NCBI GenBank assembly: GCA_041548245.1
Contig: JBFESZ010000044.1
Location: 1 to 15,396, forward strand
Direction of reading: 5' to 3'
DNA: 15,396 nt
DNA from: Sulfurimonadaceae bacterium
Lineage (GTDB): Bacteria; Campylobacterota; Campylobacteria; Campylobacterales; Sulfurimonadaceae
Positions 1-8,170 of this stretch are shown piece after piece. Position numbers and translations under genes: made by a program. The notes below the pieces were generated by a model that saw nothing but the letters and a program-made list of their open reading frames with translations, did not search any database and was not told the DNA's origin. Numbering within the stretch: position 1 is the stretch's first letter; every line of letters begins with the position of its first letter.

Positions 1-69
1 CTATAAGTGTTTATTGGAATCGAATTTTATAGGAAATCGTTGTTATGTAGCTGAAAGTTTTGGAAGAAA

Positions 70-144
70 TGGCTCCGGATACTGGATTCGAACCAGTGAC
101 CAAGTGATTAACAGTCACCTACTCTACCGCTGAGCTAATCCGGA
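70..144 (-). tRNA. tRNA-Asn (anticodon GTT), CCA encoded
   Basis: Reverse complement TCCGGATTAGCTCAGCGGTAGAGTAGGTGACTGTTAATCACTTGGTCACTGGTTCGAATCCAGTATCCGGAGCCA: 7-bp acceptor stem, D arm, anticodon loop CTGTTAA, GGTTCGAATC T-loop, 3' CCA. The U1-A72 pair is typical of bacterial tRNA-Asn. Confidence 0.98.
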
Positions 145-161
145 ATAGTTGAGAGGCCGGA

Positions 162-190
162 ATTATAGGAAAAAGAGTTGATTTTGTCAA
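162..190 (-). promoter_or_regulatory. sigma70 promoter of tRNA-Asn
   Basis: Minus strand TTGACA (190-185), 17-nt spacer, TATAAT (167-162), followed by GC-rich TCCGGCC discriminator. Confidence 0.9.
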
Positions 191-229
191 GGGGTTCTTG
201 TGAAAAGTATTGTATTTTTTAAGTGGGGA

Positions 230-1174
230 CTAATTCGTTTTTTGACGTTTCCTATGAAGGTTATTTACCGGAACGTAGAAGTCCAGATGGGAAATTCTCT
301 TGAGTGTGATGATTCCCTTGTTCAAGAGAGTGTTCAAGCGCTGTATAGATGATAGATCAAATAAAAGCCGGACATCATCCGGTGTCAAAGGACGTTTGTC
401 CAGTGTGTTGATTATCTCTTCATCTGTATATGAAGAGGGCTGCGATTTGACATTTTTTCTGGATGCGATATGAATTGGCAGGTCTGGGCTGAATTGTTGA
501 GAAATACGAAAGAGCTCGTCATAGGATACACCTTCGATAGGATAGGCGGGTGGTCTGTCTATGGTGCCCAGATCGATACGTTCACACTTGACCTGTTTTA
601 AGACTTCATTGAGTGCTTTGATCTCTTCATTAGTATCATTGAGTGTTTTGACAAATAGGATCTCGATGAAGAGTCTGCCCTTGAACTCCTGTGAGAAGGA
701 AATGACACTTTTAACCAATTGACTAAGGTCAATACTTTTATGTGGTCTATCTATCTTTTCAAAGACTTTTGGCGTAACAGCATCTAAAGAGAGTTTTACC
801 TGATCAAGGTGCAAAAGGCTTTCATAAGTTTTTTTGTCACTGAGTGTCGCGGAATTGGTAAGGATGAGGGTCTGCTTGTCACCTTTAAGACGATCAATCT
901 TAACAATGAGTTCGTCAAGGTACGGATAGAGACTCGGTTCACCGTTGGCCGTAAGGGTAATGACTTCTGTATTGGGATGTTCCTGCAGAGCCTCTTTGAG
1001 TTCGACTATGATCTCATTAGGAGTATGGGCTTTGGAATAAGTCTCAACTGTGGCTGCAGGAGCGAGTTCACAATAGAGACAGTCAAAGTTACACTGCTTC
1101 TCTTCAGGTGAGAGGTCTATACCGAGCGAGGTTCCAAAACGACGTGATGCTACAGGTCCAAATATAAATTTCAT
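230..1174 (-). CDS. Radical SAM protein (COG0731/Tyw1-like Fe-S oxidoreductase family), function unknown
   Basis: CxxxCxxC (CNFDCLYC), N-terminal GPVxSRRFGxSLGID and GEPSLY motifs. Start moved to ATG 1174 (MKFIFGP), preceded by AGGA; 314 aa. Confidence 0.9.
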   Translation of the reverse strand: MKFIFGPVASRRFGTSLGIDLSPEEKQCNFDCLYCELAPAATVETYSKAHTPNEIIVELKEALQEHPNTEVITLTANGEPSLYPYLDELIVKIDRLKGDKQTLILTNSATLSDKKTYESLLHLDQVKLSLDAVTPKVFEKIDRPHKSIDLSQLVKSVISFSQEFKGRLFIEILFVKTLNDTNEEIKALNEVLKQVKCERIDLGTIDRPPAYPIEGVSYDELFRISQQFSPDLPIHIASRKNVKSQPSSYTDEEIINTLDKRPLTPDDVRLLFDLSSIQRLNTLLNKGIITLKRISHLDFYVPVNNLHRKRQKTN

Positions 1175-1216
1175 GTGACATCCTAACGCATGAATGTTTA
1201 AAATCACGTATGGTGC

Positions 1217-1222
1217 ATTGTA
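1217..1222 (-). promoter_or_regulatory. Possible -10 element for the radical SAM gene
   Basis: TACAAT on the minus strand in the short gap after the kinase stop, about 45 nt upstream of the ATG; no clear -35. Confidence 0.35.
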
Positions 1223-1235
1223 GAATAGATAGGAG

Positions 1236-3710
1236 TTATTTTATGAGATATTTGAGGAGAGTTTCGAAGAGTTTTGTATTTTCAATAGGCTTGTGAAGGT
1301 AGTCGTTCATACCGACGTCATAGGCTTTTTGGATGTCATCTTCCATTACATTGGCACTCAGAGCGATAATCGGTATCTTAGGGTCAATCTCTCGGATCTT
1401 TTGCGTGGCTTGATAACCGTTCATGTTTGGCATCTGTATATCCATAAGGATCATATCATAATCGTTTTGTTTAAACTTCTCCAGCGCGATTTGGCCGTCT
1501 TGGGCGAAATCAAGCATCAAGGTGCTCTCTTCAAGTAACATCTGCAGCAGCATTTGGTTCATCTTATTGTCTTCTGCGACAAGGATTCTTGCACTCGCAA
1601 TTGCATGGACCCGTGTCTCCAATTGTTCATATTCTACAGAAGCATCCGATTCGTCAATGTGTGTCTTAGACTTTATAGGAGGCAGAGGCAGTTCAAACAT
1701 GAAGGTACTACCAACACCAAGCTCACTCTTTACAGATATACTCCCGCCCATCATCTCTACAAGCTTTTTTGATATAGCCAGTCCAAGACCAGTACCTCCG
1801 TATTTCCTGCTTGTGCTCATATCAGCCTGAGAAAAGTTTTGAAAGAGTAGTTGTATCTCATTCTCATTTAAACCGATACCGGTGTCTTCAACCTCAAAGC
1901 GTATTGTATCGGAACCGGCATCGATGACACGCAAAGAAACAGTTCCGATGTGCGTAAACTTGATGGCATTGTTAAGCAGATTGGTAAGCACCTGAGTTAT
2001 TCTCATTGGATCACCTATACGCTGAGAGTTCTTTATATCCTTGCAGTTAATGTTCAAGGACAGTTTTTTTTCTTTTGCATTTTCCTTGAGGATGTCACGG
2101 ACATTTTGAGTAAGATCCTTTAAATCGAACTCTATGTGTTCAATCGGCATCTTTCCGGCTTCGATTTTAGAGATGTCCAAGATGTCATTAATCACATGTA
2201 GCAATATTTCAGATGTGGCACTGATGTTTTGTAACAATTTTTTTTGTTTCTCATCGTATTCATTTTTAAGTGCCATATGTGTAAAACCGATGATTCCATT
2301 AAGCGGTGTTCTGATTTCATGTGACATATTGGAGAGGAAGAGACTTTTGAACTCAAGTGCTTCTTGTGTCTTTCGTTTCTCCTCTTCTAGCTCTTTTTCA
2401 TTACTGATGTCTTCGCGATAAGCGTTATAACCTATGATTTCACCGTCTGAATCAAGTTCGGGTGTAATAGTAAGGTGTATCCAGTAAAAACTATTGTCTT
2501 TTTTTCGATTTTTAAGTTCTCCCGTCCAAGTTTTTTTACTCGTTATTGTCTTCCACAGGTCATCAAAGATCTTAGGGTCATTTTCGTGATGTTTAAAGAC
2601 GGTATGGGTTAGACCGATAAGCTCGTCTTTTGAGTATCCTGAAAGTTTTTCAAGTGCAGTGCTGACATAAGTGATCCTTCCCTGTTCATCCGTCTTGGAA
2701 AATATCACATGCTTGTCCAGTATGTCGTTTATCTTCTTTATCTCGAGGTCTTTGCGAATGTTGCTCATCACACCACGATACCAATAGAAGATAGCCAAGG
2801 AGATCATCAAAAAAGCGAGGCTGACAATTATAGTTGAGTCGAGTACCTTTTGCTCATATTTTCTCTCTCTTTTATGTAGATCAGATTCGAGAATCGTCAT
2901 ATATTCATTATTAAGTTGCTGGGTGAGGGTCAAGAGTTTGGAAAAGCTGTGTTTATGGTCTATAGTTTTGTGTATCACTTGCTCAAATGCTGTCAGTGAA
3001 GTCATTTCATCCGCTTGGTATTTAAGCTCGGCATTGATCTGATTCATCAGACTGCGTAGGCCTATTGTGTCATCATAGGGTTTTAAGAGTCGGATGATCC
3101 CGCTTATCTCTTCAGCACTGAGTTCCACCAGTTTGTTCTGCTGAGTATAAAGTGCTTTTTCATAATGTGAAAGAGAGCCCTTTGTCTTAAATTTATTGAT
3201 AATGTTGTTGATGGTATGCAAACTGATGAGGAATTCCGGCATATAGTGTGTTGTCAGTGCAGAGAGAAAATAGAGTTTTCGATCGTATTCAAATAAGAGC
3301 TTGGAGGTGTCACCGGCAGTATAGTTTTCATGGTTAAGATAATCTAAAAAGGCGTAAAGATCTTCTTCTTCATGTTCTGATGTGGAAATCCTCTTTAGGT
3401 AGGCATAGAAGTTCTGGTTTTTAAACTGCGGGTATTCGTCGTGCAGTACATAGATAGCATTGATGTCATCAAGCATCGATTTTTTAATCAAAGATAACTT
3501 GAGAGGATTTTCCACTATACTTAAAGCACCTGCGTATACAGCAGTACTGATGCTTAAGTGATATATCCCTTTTAGGTATTGGATACCTGCAAGTTCACTT
3601 TGTGCCAGCGTTATTTGGTCCTTATACTCTTTTGTGACCTTGATATAGAGTGTTGATATGGAGATAACGACAATAATATAGGCCAGCAGGAATCTCAAGA
3701 AAATATTCAT
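1236..3710 (-). CDS. Membrane-bound hybrid sensor histidine kinase (TM-periplasmic helical domain-TM-PAS-HisKA-HATPase_c-REC)
   Basis: Two hydrophobic segments flanking about 270 aa; PAS (YVSTALEKLSGYSKDELIG...WTGELKNRKKDNSFYW); H-box FLSNMSHEIRTPLNG; N/G1/G2 boxes (NLLNNAIKFT, DTGIG, GGTGLGL); receiver (AEDN, LMDIQMP, KP). Confidence 0.95.
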   Translation of the reverse strand: MNIFLRFLLAYIIVVISISTLYIKVTKEYKDQITLAQSELAGIQYLKGIYHLSISTAVYAGALSIVENPLKLSLIKKSMLDDINAIYVLHDEYPQFKNQNFYAYLKRISTSEHEEEDLYAFLDYLNHENYTAGDTSKLLFEYDRKLYFLSALTTHYMPEFLISLHTINNIINKFKTKGSLSHYEKALYTQQNKLVELSAEEISGIIRLLKPYDDTIGLRSLMNQINAELKYQADEMTSLTAFEQVIHKTIDHKHSFSKLLTLTQQLNNEYMTILESDLHKRERKYEQKVLDSTIIVSLAFLMISLAIFYWYRGVMSNIRKDLEIKKINDILDKHVIFSKTDEQGRITYVSTALEKLSGYSKDELIGLTHTVFKHHENDPKIFDDLWKTITSKKTWTGELKNRKKDNSFYWIHLTITPELDSDGEIIGYNAYREDISNEKELEEEKRKTQEALEFKSLFLSNMSHEIRTPLNGIIGFTHMALKNEYDEKQKKLLQNISATSEILLHVINDILDISKIEAGKMPIEHIEFDLKDLTQNVRDILKENAKEKKLSLNINCKDIKNSQRIGDPMRITQVLTNLLNNAIKFTHIGTVSLRVIDAGSDTIRFEVEDTGIGLNENEIQLLFQNFSQADMSTSRKYGGTGLGLAISKKLVEMMGGSISVKSELGVGSTFMFELPLPPIKSKTHIDESDASVEYEQLETRVHAIASARILVAEDNKMNQMLLQMLLEESTLMLDFAQDGQIALEKFKQNDYDMILMDIQMPNMNGYQATQKIREIDPKIPIIALSANVMEDDIQKAYDVGMNDYLHKPIENTKLFETLLKYLIK

Positions 3711-3715
3711 ACACT

Positions 3716-3724
3716 ATATTAGCA
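3716..3724 (-). promoter_or_regulatory. Candidate extended -10 promoter (TGcTAATAT) for the kinase, 5 nt before the ATG
   Basis: Minus strand TGCTAATAT-AGTGT-ATG; no Shine-Dalgarno upstream. Confidence 0.45.
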
Positions 3725-3759
3725 TGATTTTTATGAAATCTATGAAGAGGAAAAGTACA

Positions 3760-3789
3760 GCTGTGAAGCCTTAGAAAAGCCTCCACAGC
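3760..3789 (-). terminator. Stem-loop after hemE, likely intrinsic terminator
   Basis: Minus strand GCTGTGGAGGCTT-TTCT-AAGGCTTCACAGC (13 positions, one G-U pair, one mismatch), followed by TGTACTTTT; starts 18 nt after the hemE stop. Confidence 0.55.
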
Positions 3790-3807
3790 AAGCGGTAGTT
3801 GAATTTC

Positions 3808-4848
3808 TTAGCGGGCAGTCATCTCATGAACGAGATCGACAAGGTATTTTGCGTTATCAGGGTCAAGGTCCGGGAGCATACCGTGACCAAGGTTGAAGAT
3901 ATGCCCAGGCGCTTTACCCATGACATTGATGATGTGCTCTACACCTTCTTTTGTCGCTTCTTGGGAGTAAAGACGTGTCGGTTCCATGTTGCCTTGAAGT
4001 ACATATTTGTCGCCAAGTTTTGCTTTTGCTAGTTCAATAGGTGTTGACCAGTCGACACAGAAGACATCAAAATTTCCACCTATCTGGGCAACTTTGTCAA
4101 GGTACCCCGAGATGCCTTTAGGGAAAAGAAGAACAGGGATGTGAGGATATTTGGCTTTGACATGCTCGGCAATACGCAGCATATATTTCCATGAAAAATC
4201 AATAAAGGCAGACTCTTCAAGCGCGGAAGCCCATGAGTCAAAGATCTGCACCGCATTGGCTCCTGCCTCGATCTGTTTGCAGAGATAGTCTTGAACGACA
4301 ATCGTCAGTTTTTCAAGAAGTTTATGCATGAAATCAGGGTCTGTGGCAATCTTCTTTTTAACGATGGCATAGGTCTTGGTTCCTTGGCCCTCGATCATGT
4401 AAGTGGCCAAAGTCCACGGACTACCTGTAAAACCGATCAGGGCTTTATCTGCACGCAGGCGCGACCGCACTTTTGCGACAGTGTCGTAGACATAGACAAG
4501 TTTGTCTGCAGCTTTCATATCCAGTGCGTCAAGGTCGGCATCAGTAGAGATAGGTTCAGGGAACTTTGGTCCAAAGCCAGGGATAAACTCCAGTTTCATA
4601 CCCATTTCATTAGGTACGACAAGAATGTCCGAGAAGAGAATGGCCGCATCCACATCCAAGCGTTCAACAGGCTGAATGGTGACTTCACAGGCTTTTTCCG
4701 GATCATGACAAAGGTTCAAAAAGTTACCCGCTTCTTTGCGAACAGCCATATATTCTGGAAGGTAACGGCCGGCTTGGCGCATCATCCAGATTGGAGTGTG
4801 AGTTGTTGGTTTCCTAAAACATGCATCGACAAAGATCATATTTGACAT
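3808..4848 (-). CDS. hemE: Uroporphyrinogen decarboxylase
   Basis: Signatures [53 protein letters not shown]; purine-rich RBS AAGGG. Confidence 0.97.
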   Translation of the reverse strand: MSNMIFVDACFRKPTTHTPIWMMRQAGRYLPEYMAVRKEAGNFLNLCHDPEKACEVTIQPVERLDVDAAILFSDILVVPNEMGMKLEFIPGFGPKFPEPISTDADLDALDMKAADKLVYVYDTVAKVRSRLRADKALIGFTGSPWTLATYMIEGQGTKTYAIVKKKIATDPDFMHKLLEKLTIVVQDYLCKQIEAGANAVQIFDSWASALEESAFIDFSWKYMLRIAEHVKAKYPHIPVLLFPKGISGYLDKVAQIGGNFDVFCVDWSTPIELAKAKLGDKYVLQGNMEPTRLYSQEATKEGVEHIINVMGKAPGHIFNLGHGMLPDLDPDNAKYLVDLVHEMTAR

Positions 4849-4890
4849 ATGGTTTTCCCTTTTATAAGTTGATTTCTTACGTAAAACGTA

Positions 4891-5409
4891 TTAGTGTTTT
4901 TTTCCTACTTTTCCTAAAAAGTACAATCCGACCGCTACGGCCATGATAGAGAGTGCAAAATAGAGCATATCCAGAGCCCCATGATATTCAGTGTGCCCAA
5001 CTTTTTGGAAAAAACCGACGACGAGTACCATCACGATGACTTTGGAAATCTTGTCTTTAAGTTGATCAAGCGAATGAATAGCTAATATCCTGTTCTCTTC
5101 GCCCGGTTCATTTCTGGCTGCATCGATCTCCGAGATAAAGAGTTCATACAGACCAAATGCGAACAGAAGCATCACAACACCAATAAGATAAAGATCAACG
5201 GCACCAATGATACCGCCGACGACATCTTCATGGAAGTTTTCAGGATGGGCACCGGCCGAGTAAGTGTTAAAAACAAATTGAGCCGTATGAAAAATATCAA
5301 CGCTTGCCACTGCAAAGAGAACGATCCCACCGATCAGACCGAAGACAACGGCAAGAAGAACAATAAAACGTGAGCTCCAAAGAGTGTTTTCAAAAAGTTT
5401 TTCCAACAT
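4891..5409 (-). CDS. YqhA family (UPF0114) membrane protein
   Basis: Four hydrophobic helices with FENTLWSSR, VDLYLI, GLYELFIS and LDQLKDKI motifs. Start ATG 5409, 1 nt after the asd stop, with GGAGG upstream; 172 aa. Confidence 0.85.
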   Translation of the reverse strand: MLEKLFENTLWSSRFIVLLAVVFGLIGGIVLFAVASVDIFHTAQFVFNTYSAGAHPENFHEDVVGGIIGAVDLYLIGVVMLLFAFGLYELFISEIDAARNEPGEENRILAIHSLDQLKDKISKVIVMVLVVGFFQKVGHTEYHGALDMLYFALSIMAVAVGLYFLGKVGKKH

Positions 5410-5410
5410 A

Positions 5411-6439
5411 TTATGCCTCCTGTTGCTCAACCCATTTTTGGGCAATCCTTACCGCATTAGTCGCAGCACCGACGCGTAGGTTGTCAGCAACAATGAAGAG
5501 GTGAAGAACATTCTTTCTATAGATGTCATTTCGGACACGCCCGACAAAAGTCTCATCTCTATCAACACAGCTTGCTGGCATTGGATAGAGACTCTCAGCA
5601 GGGTTGTCAAGGACAATGACATTTGGTGCTTTAGAAAGGATCTCTCGTGCCTCAGCCGCATCGACATCAGCGTCAAACGTCAGTGTTAGAGACTCAGCGT
5701 GACCGCGGAGTGTAGGTACACGTACACAGGTCGCAGACACCTCTACTTTTTTACCGAGGATCTTGACCGTCTCATTGACCATTTTCATCTCTTCTTTTGT
5801 ATAACCGTTCTCCATAAAGACATCGATTTGAGGGATGACGTTTAAGGCGATTTGATGAGGAAAGGCTTTATGCTCAGACTCGTCCAACTTGAACTGGAAG
5901 AAGTCTTGCATCTGAGTGACCAGCTCTTCCATCGCTTTCTTGCCCCCGCCTGAAGTCGCTTGATAAGTTGAAACATCGACACGTTGAAGATCATAGGCCT
6001 CATCCAATGCTTTAAGGACCTGTACCATCTGGATGGTCGAACAATTAGGGTTTGCGATGATTCCTGTCGTTTTCCATTCGCGTATCTCTTGTGGATTGAC
6101 TTCAGGAACCACAAGAGGAACATCCTCGTTCATTCTGAAGTGGCTGGTGTTATCAATGACAACGGCACCGGCTTCGGCAGCAAAGGGTGCATATTTAGCA
6201 GAGATTGAACCACCGGCAGAAAAGAGAGCGATCTCGATCTCTTCCTCAGTAAAGACACTCTCGGTCAGTTCTTTGATGACAAGCTTATCACCGTTAAACT
6301 CAATAGTATTTCCTGCTGAACGCTCGCTGGCCAATGGCACAATTTTATTGTATGGAAAGTCTATCTCTTCAAAGATGCGAAAGATTTCTTCTCCCACAGC
6401 TCCAGTGGCACCGACTACGGCTACATTATACTTTTTCAA
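5411..6439 (-). CDS. asd: Aspartate-semialdehyde dehydrogenase
   Basis: VVGATGAVG Rossmann motif, catalytic ANPNCST, YQATSGGG, CVRVP..RGH, DNLRVGAA; TTG start with GAGGA RBS. Confidence 0.97.
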   Translation of the reverse strand: MKKYNVAVVGATGAVGEEIFRIFEEIDFPYNKIVPLASERSAGNTIEFNGDKLVIKELTESVFTEEEIEIALFSAGGSISAKYAPFAAEAGAVVIDNTSHFRMNEDVPLVVPEVNPQEIREWKTTGIIANPNCSTIQMVQVLKALDEAYDLQRVDVSTYQATSGGGKKAMEELVTQMQDFFQFKLDESEHKAFPHQIALNVIPQIDVFMENGYTKEEMKMVNETVKILGKKVEVSATCVRVPTLRGHAESLTLTFDADVDAAEAREILSKAPNVIVLDNPAESLYPMPASCVDRDETFVGRVRNDIYRKNVLHLFIVADNLRVGAATNAVRIAQKWVEQQEA

Positions 6440-6452
6440 TTTACTGTCCTCT

Positions 6453-7751
6453 CTAAGAATTTATCTTATATTGTTGAATTTTTTTATTTAAAACGGTTAT
6501 AGTCATCCCTAAGGTCTCTGCACTTTTGTCTAAGTCCATATCGCATGAGTTGAGTACTTCTTCGATCAGTTCTTTTTCCATATCTGTGATGCTTTTAGGC
6601 TTTTGACGGCTATCGAGGAAAAGTTCATCAACAGTGATGGAGTTGCCTTCGCTCAATATCGTGGCCCGCTCAACGACAGAGACCAGTTCTCTGACGTTTC
6701 CTGGCCAGTTGTATGCCAGAAGTGCCTCTTCGGCTTGCTTGTCAAATTGTTTGGACTCAAAACCATACTTTTCGCAATTGTCCGCAAGTACATTGGCCGC
6801 GATATCAAGAATCTCTTCACGCCTCTGTCTCAAAGGAGGGATAGAGACGGGGATAGTGTTAAGACGATAATAGAGGTCCTCTCTGAATTCGCCTTGCTCA
6901 ATATGCTTATGCAGATTGGCATTTGTCGCAGAGATGATACGTACATCTATCTTGATCGGTTTTTGTGAGCCAAGGCGCTGAACCTCTCTCTCCTGCAGGA
7001 CACGCAAGAGTTTAGCCTGAACAGGGTAAGGCATTTCGCCGATTTCATCTAGAAACAGCGTACCGCCATCAGCGAGTTCAAATTGACCAGGTTTGGCCTG
7101 TATAGCATCAGTAAAAGCACCCTTTTCAAAGCCGAAAAGCTCACTTTCGATCAAGTTGTCCGGGATCGCTGCCATATTGATAGCGACAAAAGGTTTTTTG
7201 CTTCTGGGTGAGACATCATGAATAAACTTCGCAAAAACCTCTTTGCCCACACCGCTTTCACCAGTCAAAAGAATGGATGCATCTGTCTTGGCCGCTTTTT
7301 CAGCCATCTTGACAGCTTTTTCAAGAGCAGGCGAACTCGCGGTAAATGAAGAAGTCGAACACTGCTTTTTGCTCTTTTTAGCGGGAGACTTTTTAACAAC
7401 TTCTTGGATTTTGTGCGAGCGCTTGATCGCTTTTACAAGGGTCTCTATCTCAAAGGGTTTAAGTAAAAAGTCTTTAACACCTAACTGAATAGAGTCAATT
7501 GCTTTTTGCAAGGTTGCATTGCCCGTCATGATGATGACTTCATACTTTCCACCGAGTTTCTCAACGAACTCTATACCATCCATACCTGGCATATTGATGT
7601 CAGTAACGATCAGGTCGAAACTCTCATCAAGCTTTGGAAGGGCATCTTTGGCACTTTTAAAGCTGACGATTTCAAACTCATCATAATCCCCCATAGCTAT
7701 TTCAAGGGATTTACGCATATTTATATCGTCTTCGACAATCGCTATTTTCAC
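6453..7751 (-). CDS. flgR: Sigma54-dependent response regulator (REC-AAA+-Fis-like HTH), flagellar FlgR
   Basis: Receiver (EDD, TDINMP, KP), Walker A GESGVGKE, GAFTDA loop, Walker B LFLDEI, FREDLYYRL; position between flgQ and asd as in Campylobacter; GTG start with AAGGA. Confidence 0.88.
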   Translation of the reverse strand: MKIAIVEDDINMRKSLEIAMGDYDEFEIVSFKSAKDALPKLDESFDLIVTDINMPGMDGIEFVEKLGGKYEVIIMTGNATLQKAIDSIQLGVKDFLLKPFEIETLVKAIKRSHKIQEVVKKSPAKKSKKQCSTSSFTASSPALEKAVKMAEKAAKTDASILLTGESGVGKEVFAKFIHDVSPRSKKPFVAINMAAIPDNLIESELFGFEKGAFTDAIQAKPGQFELADGGTLFLDEIGEMPYPVQAKLLRVLQEREVQRLGSQKPIKIDVRIISATNANLHKHIEQGEFREDLYYRLNTIPVSIPPLRQRREEILDIAANVLADNCEKYGFESKQFDKQAEEALLAYNWPGNVRELVSVVERATILSEGNSITVDELFLDSRQKPKSITDMEKELIEEVLNSCDMDLDKSAETLGMTITVLNKKIQQYKINS

Positions 7752-7777
7752 GAAATTCCTTTACTACAAGAGATCGA

Positions 7778-8170
7778 TTATTTTAATATTAATCGCGTGA
7801 TTGTAGCGTAATCATCATTAAAGTCGACTGTTATATAGGTGGGAGGAAGTGTGAGGTCGATCAAAGAAGAGCTTTTAAGTTCACTGATCTTTTCATGTGA
7901 ACGCGTATGTACTCCATGGAACATCAAGAACTCGAGGATTTTATCTTTGTGTTGGTGCATGATTACATTGAGATTTGCTTCTTCAGGCAAATGGATATTC
8001 AGTGAGTCGGCAGGAGTGGCTTGAACTTCACTCATTGCCTGTGAAAAGTGGTAAGACTCAGATATGACTACCGCATTTTTGATTTGCGCGCGGTAGCTTA
8101 AGATGTAGGTTTCAGAAGCTTGCAAGCATGCAGAAGCAAGAATTAGCGCGATGCTAAGATAGATTGCCAT
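7778..8170 (-). CDS. flgQ: Exported protein, probable FlgQ (FlgP partner)
   Basis: Signal-peptide-like N-terminus; overlaps the flgP 3' end by 28 nt; syntenic position between flgP and flgR. Assignment rests mainly on synteny. Confidence 0.6.
   Translation of the reverse strand: MAIYLSIALILASACLQASETYILSYRAQIKNAVVISESYHFSQAMSEVQATPADSLNIHLPEEANLNVIMHQHKDKILEFLMFHGVHTRSHEKISELKSSSLIDLTLPPTYITVDFNDDYATITRLILK
7800..7805 (-). promoter_or_regulatory. Candidate internal sigma70 -10 for flgR
   Basis: Minus strand gcTACAAT within the flgQ 3' end, about 50 nt upstream of the flgR GTG; a second TAAAAT lies at 7785-7780. Confidence 0.4.

Noticed and set aside
1-144. tRNA-Asn as an integration site for an island
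   Set aside because: No integrase and no duplicated tRNA 3' end in the window; only 69 nt downstream are visible.
2064-2071. A/T homopolymer runs in the kinase and flgR as phase-variation tracts
   Set aside because: Runs of 7-8 nt are expected at this AT content, frames are intact, and no long poly-G/C tract is present.
4291-4845. 184-aa antisense ORF inside hemE
   Set aside because: Fully overlaps a conserved gene; no motif or supporting signals.
6453-7751. Calling the sigma54 activator NtrC because of nearby amt genes
   Set aside because: GAFTDA loop and the gyrA-flgP-flgQ-X-asd context identify FlgR; amtB has a sigma70-type promoter.
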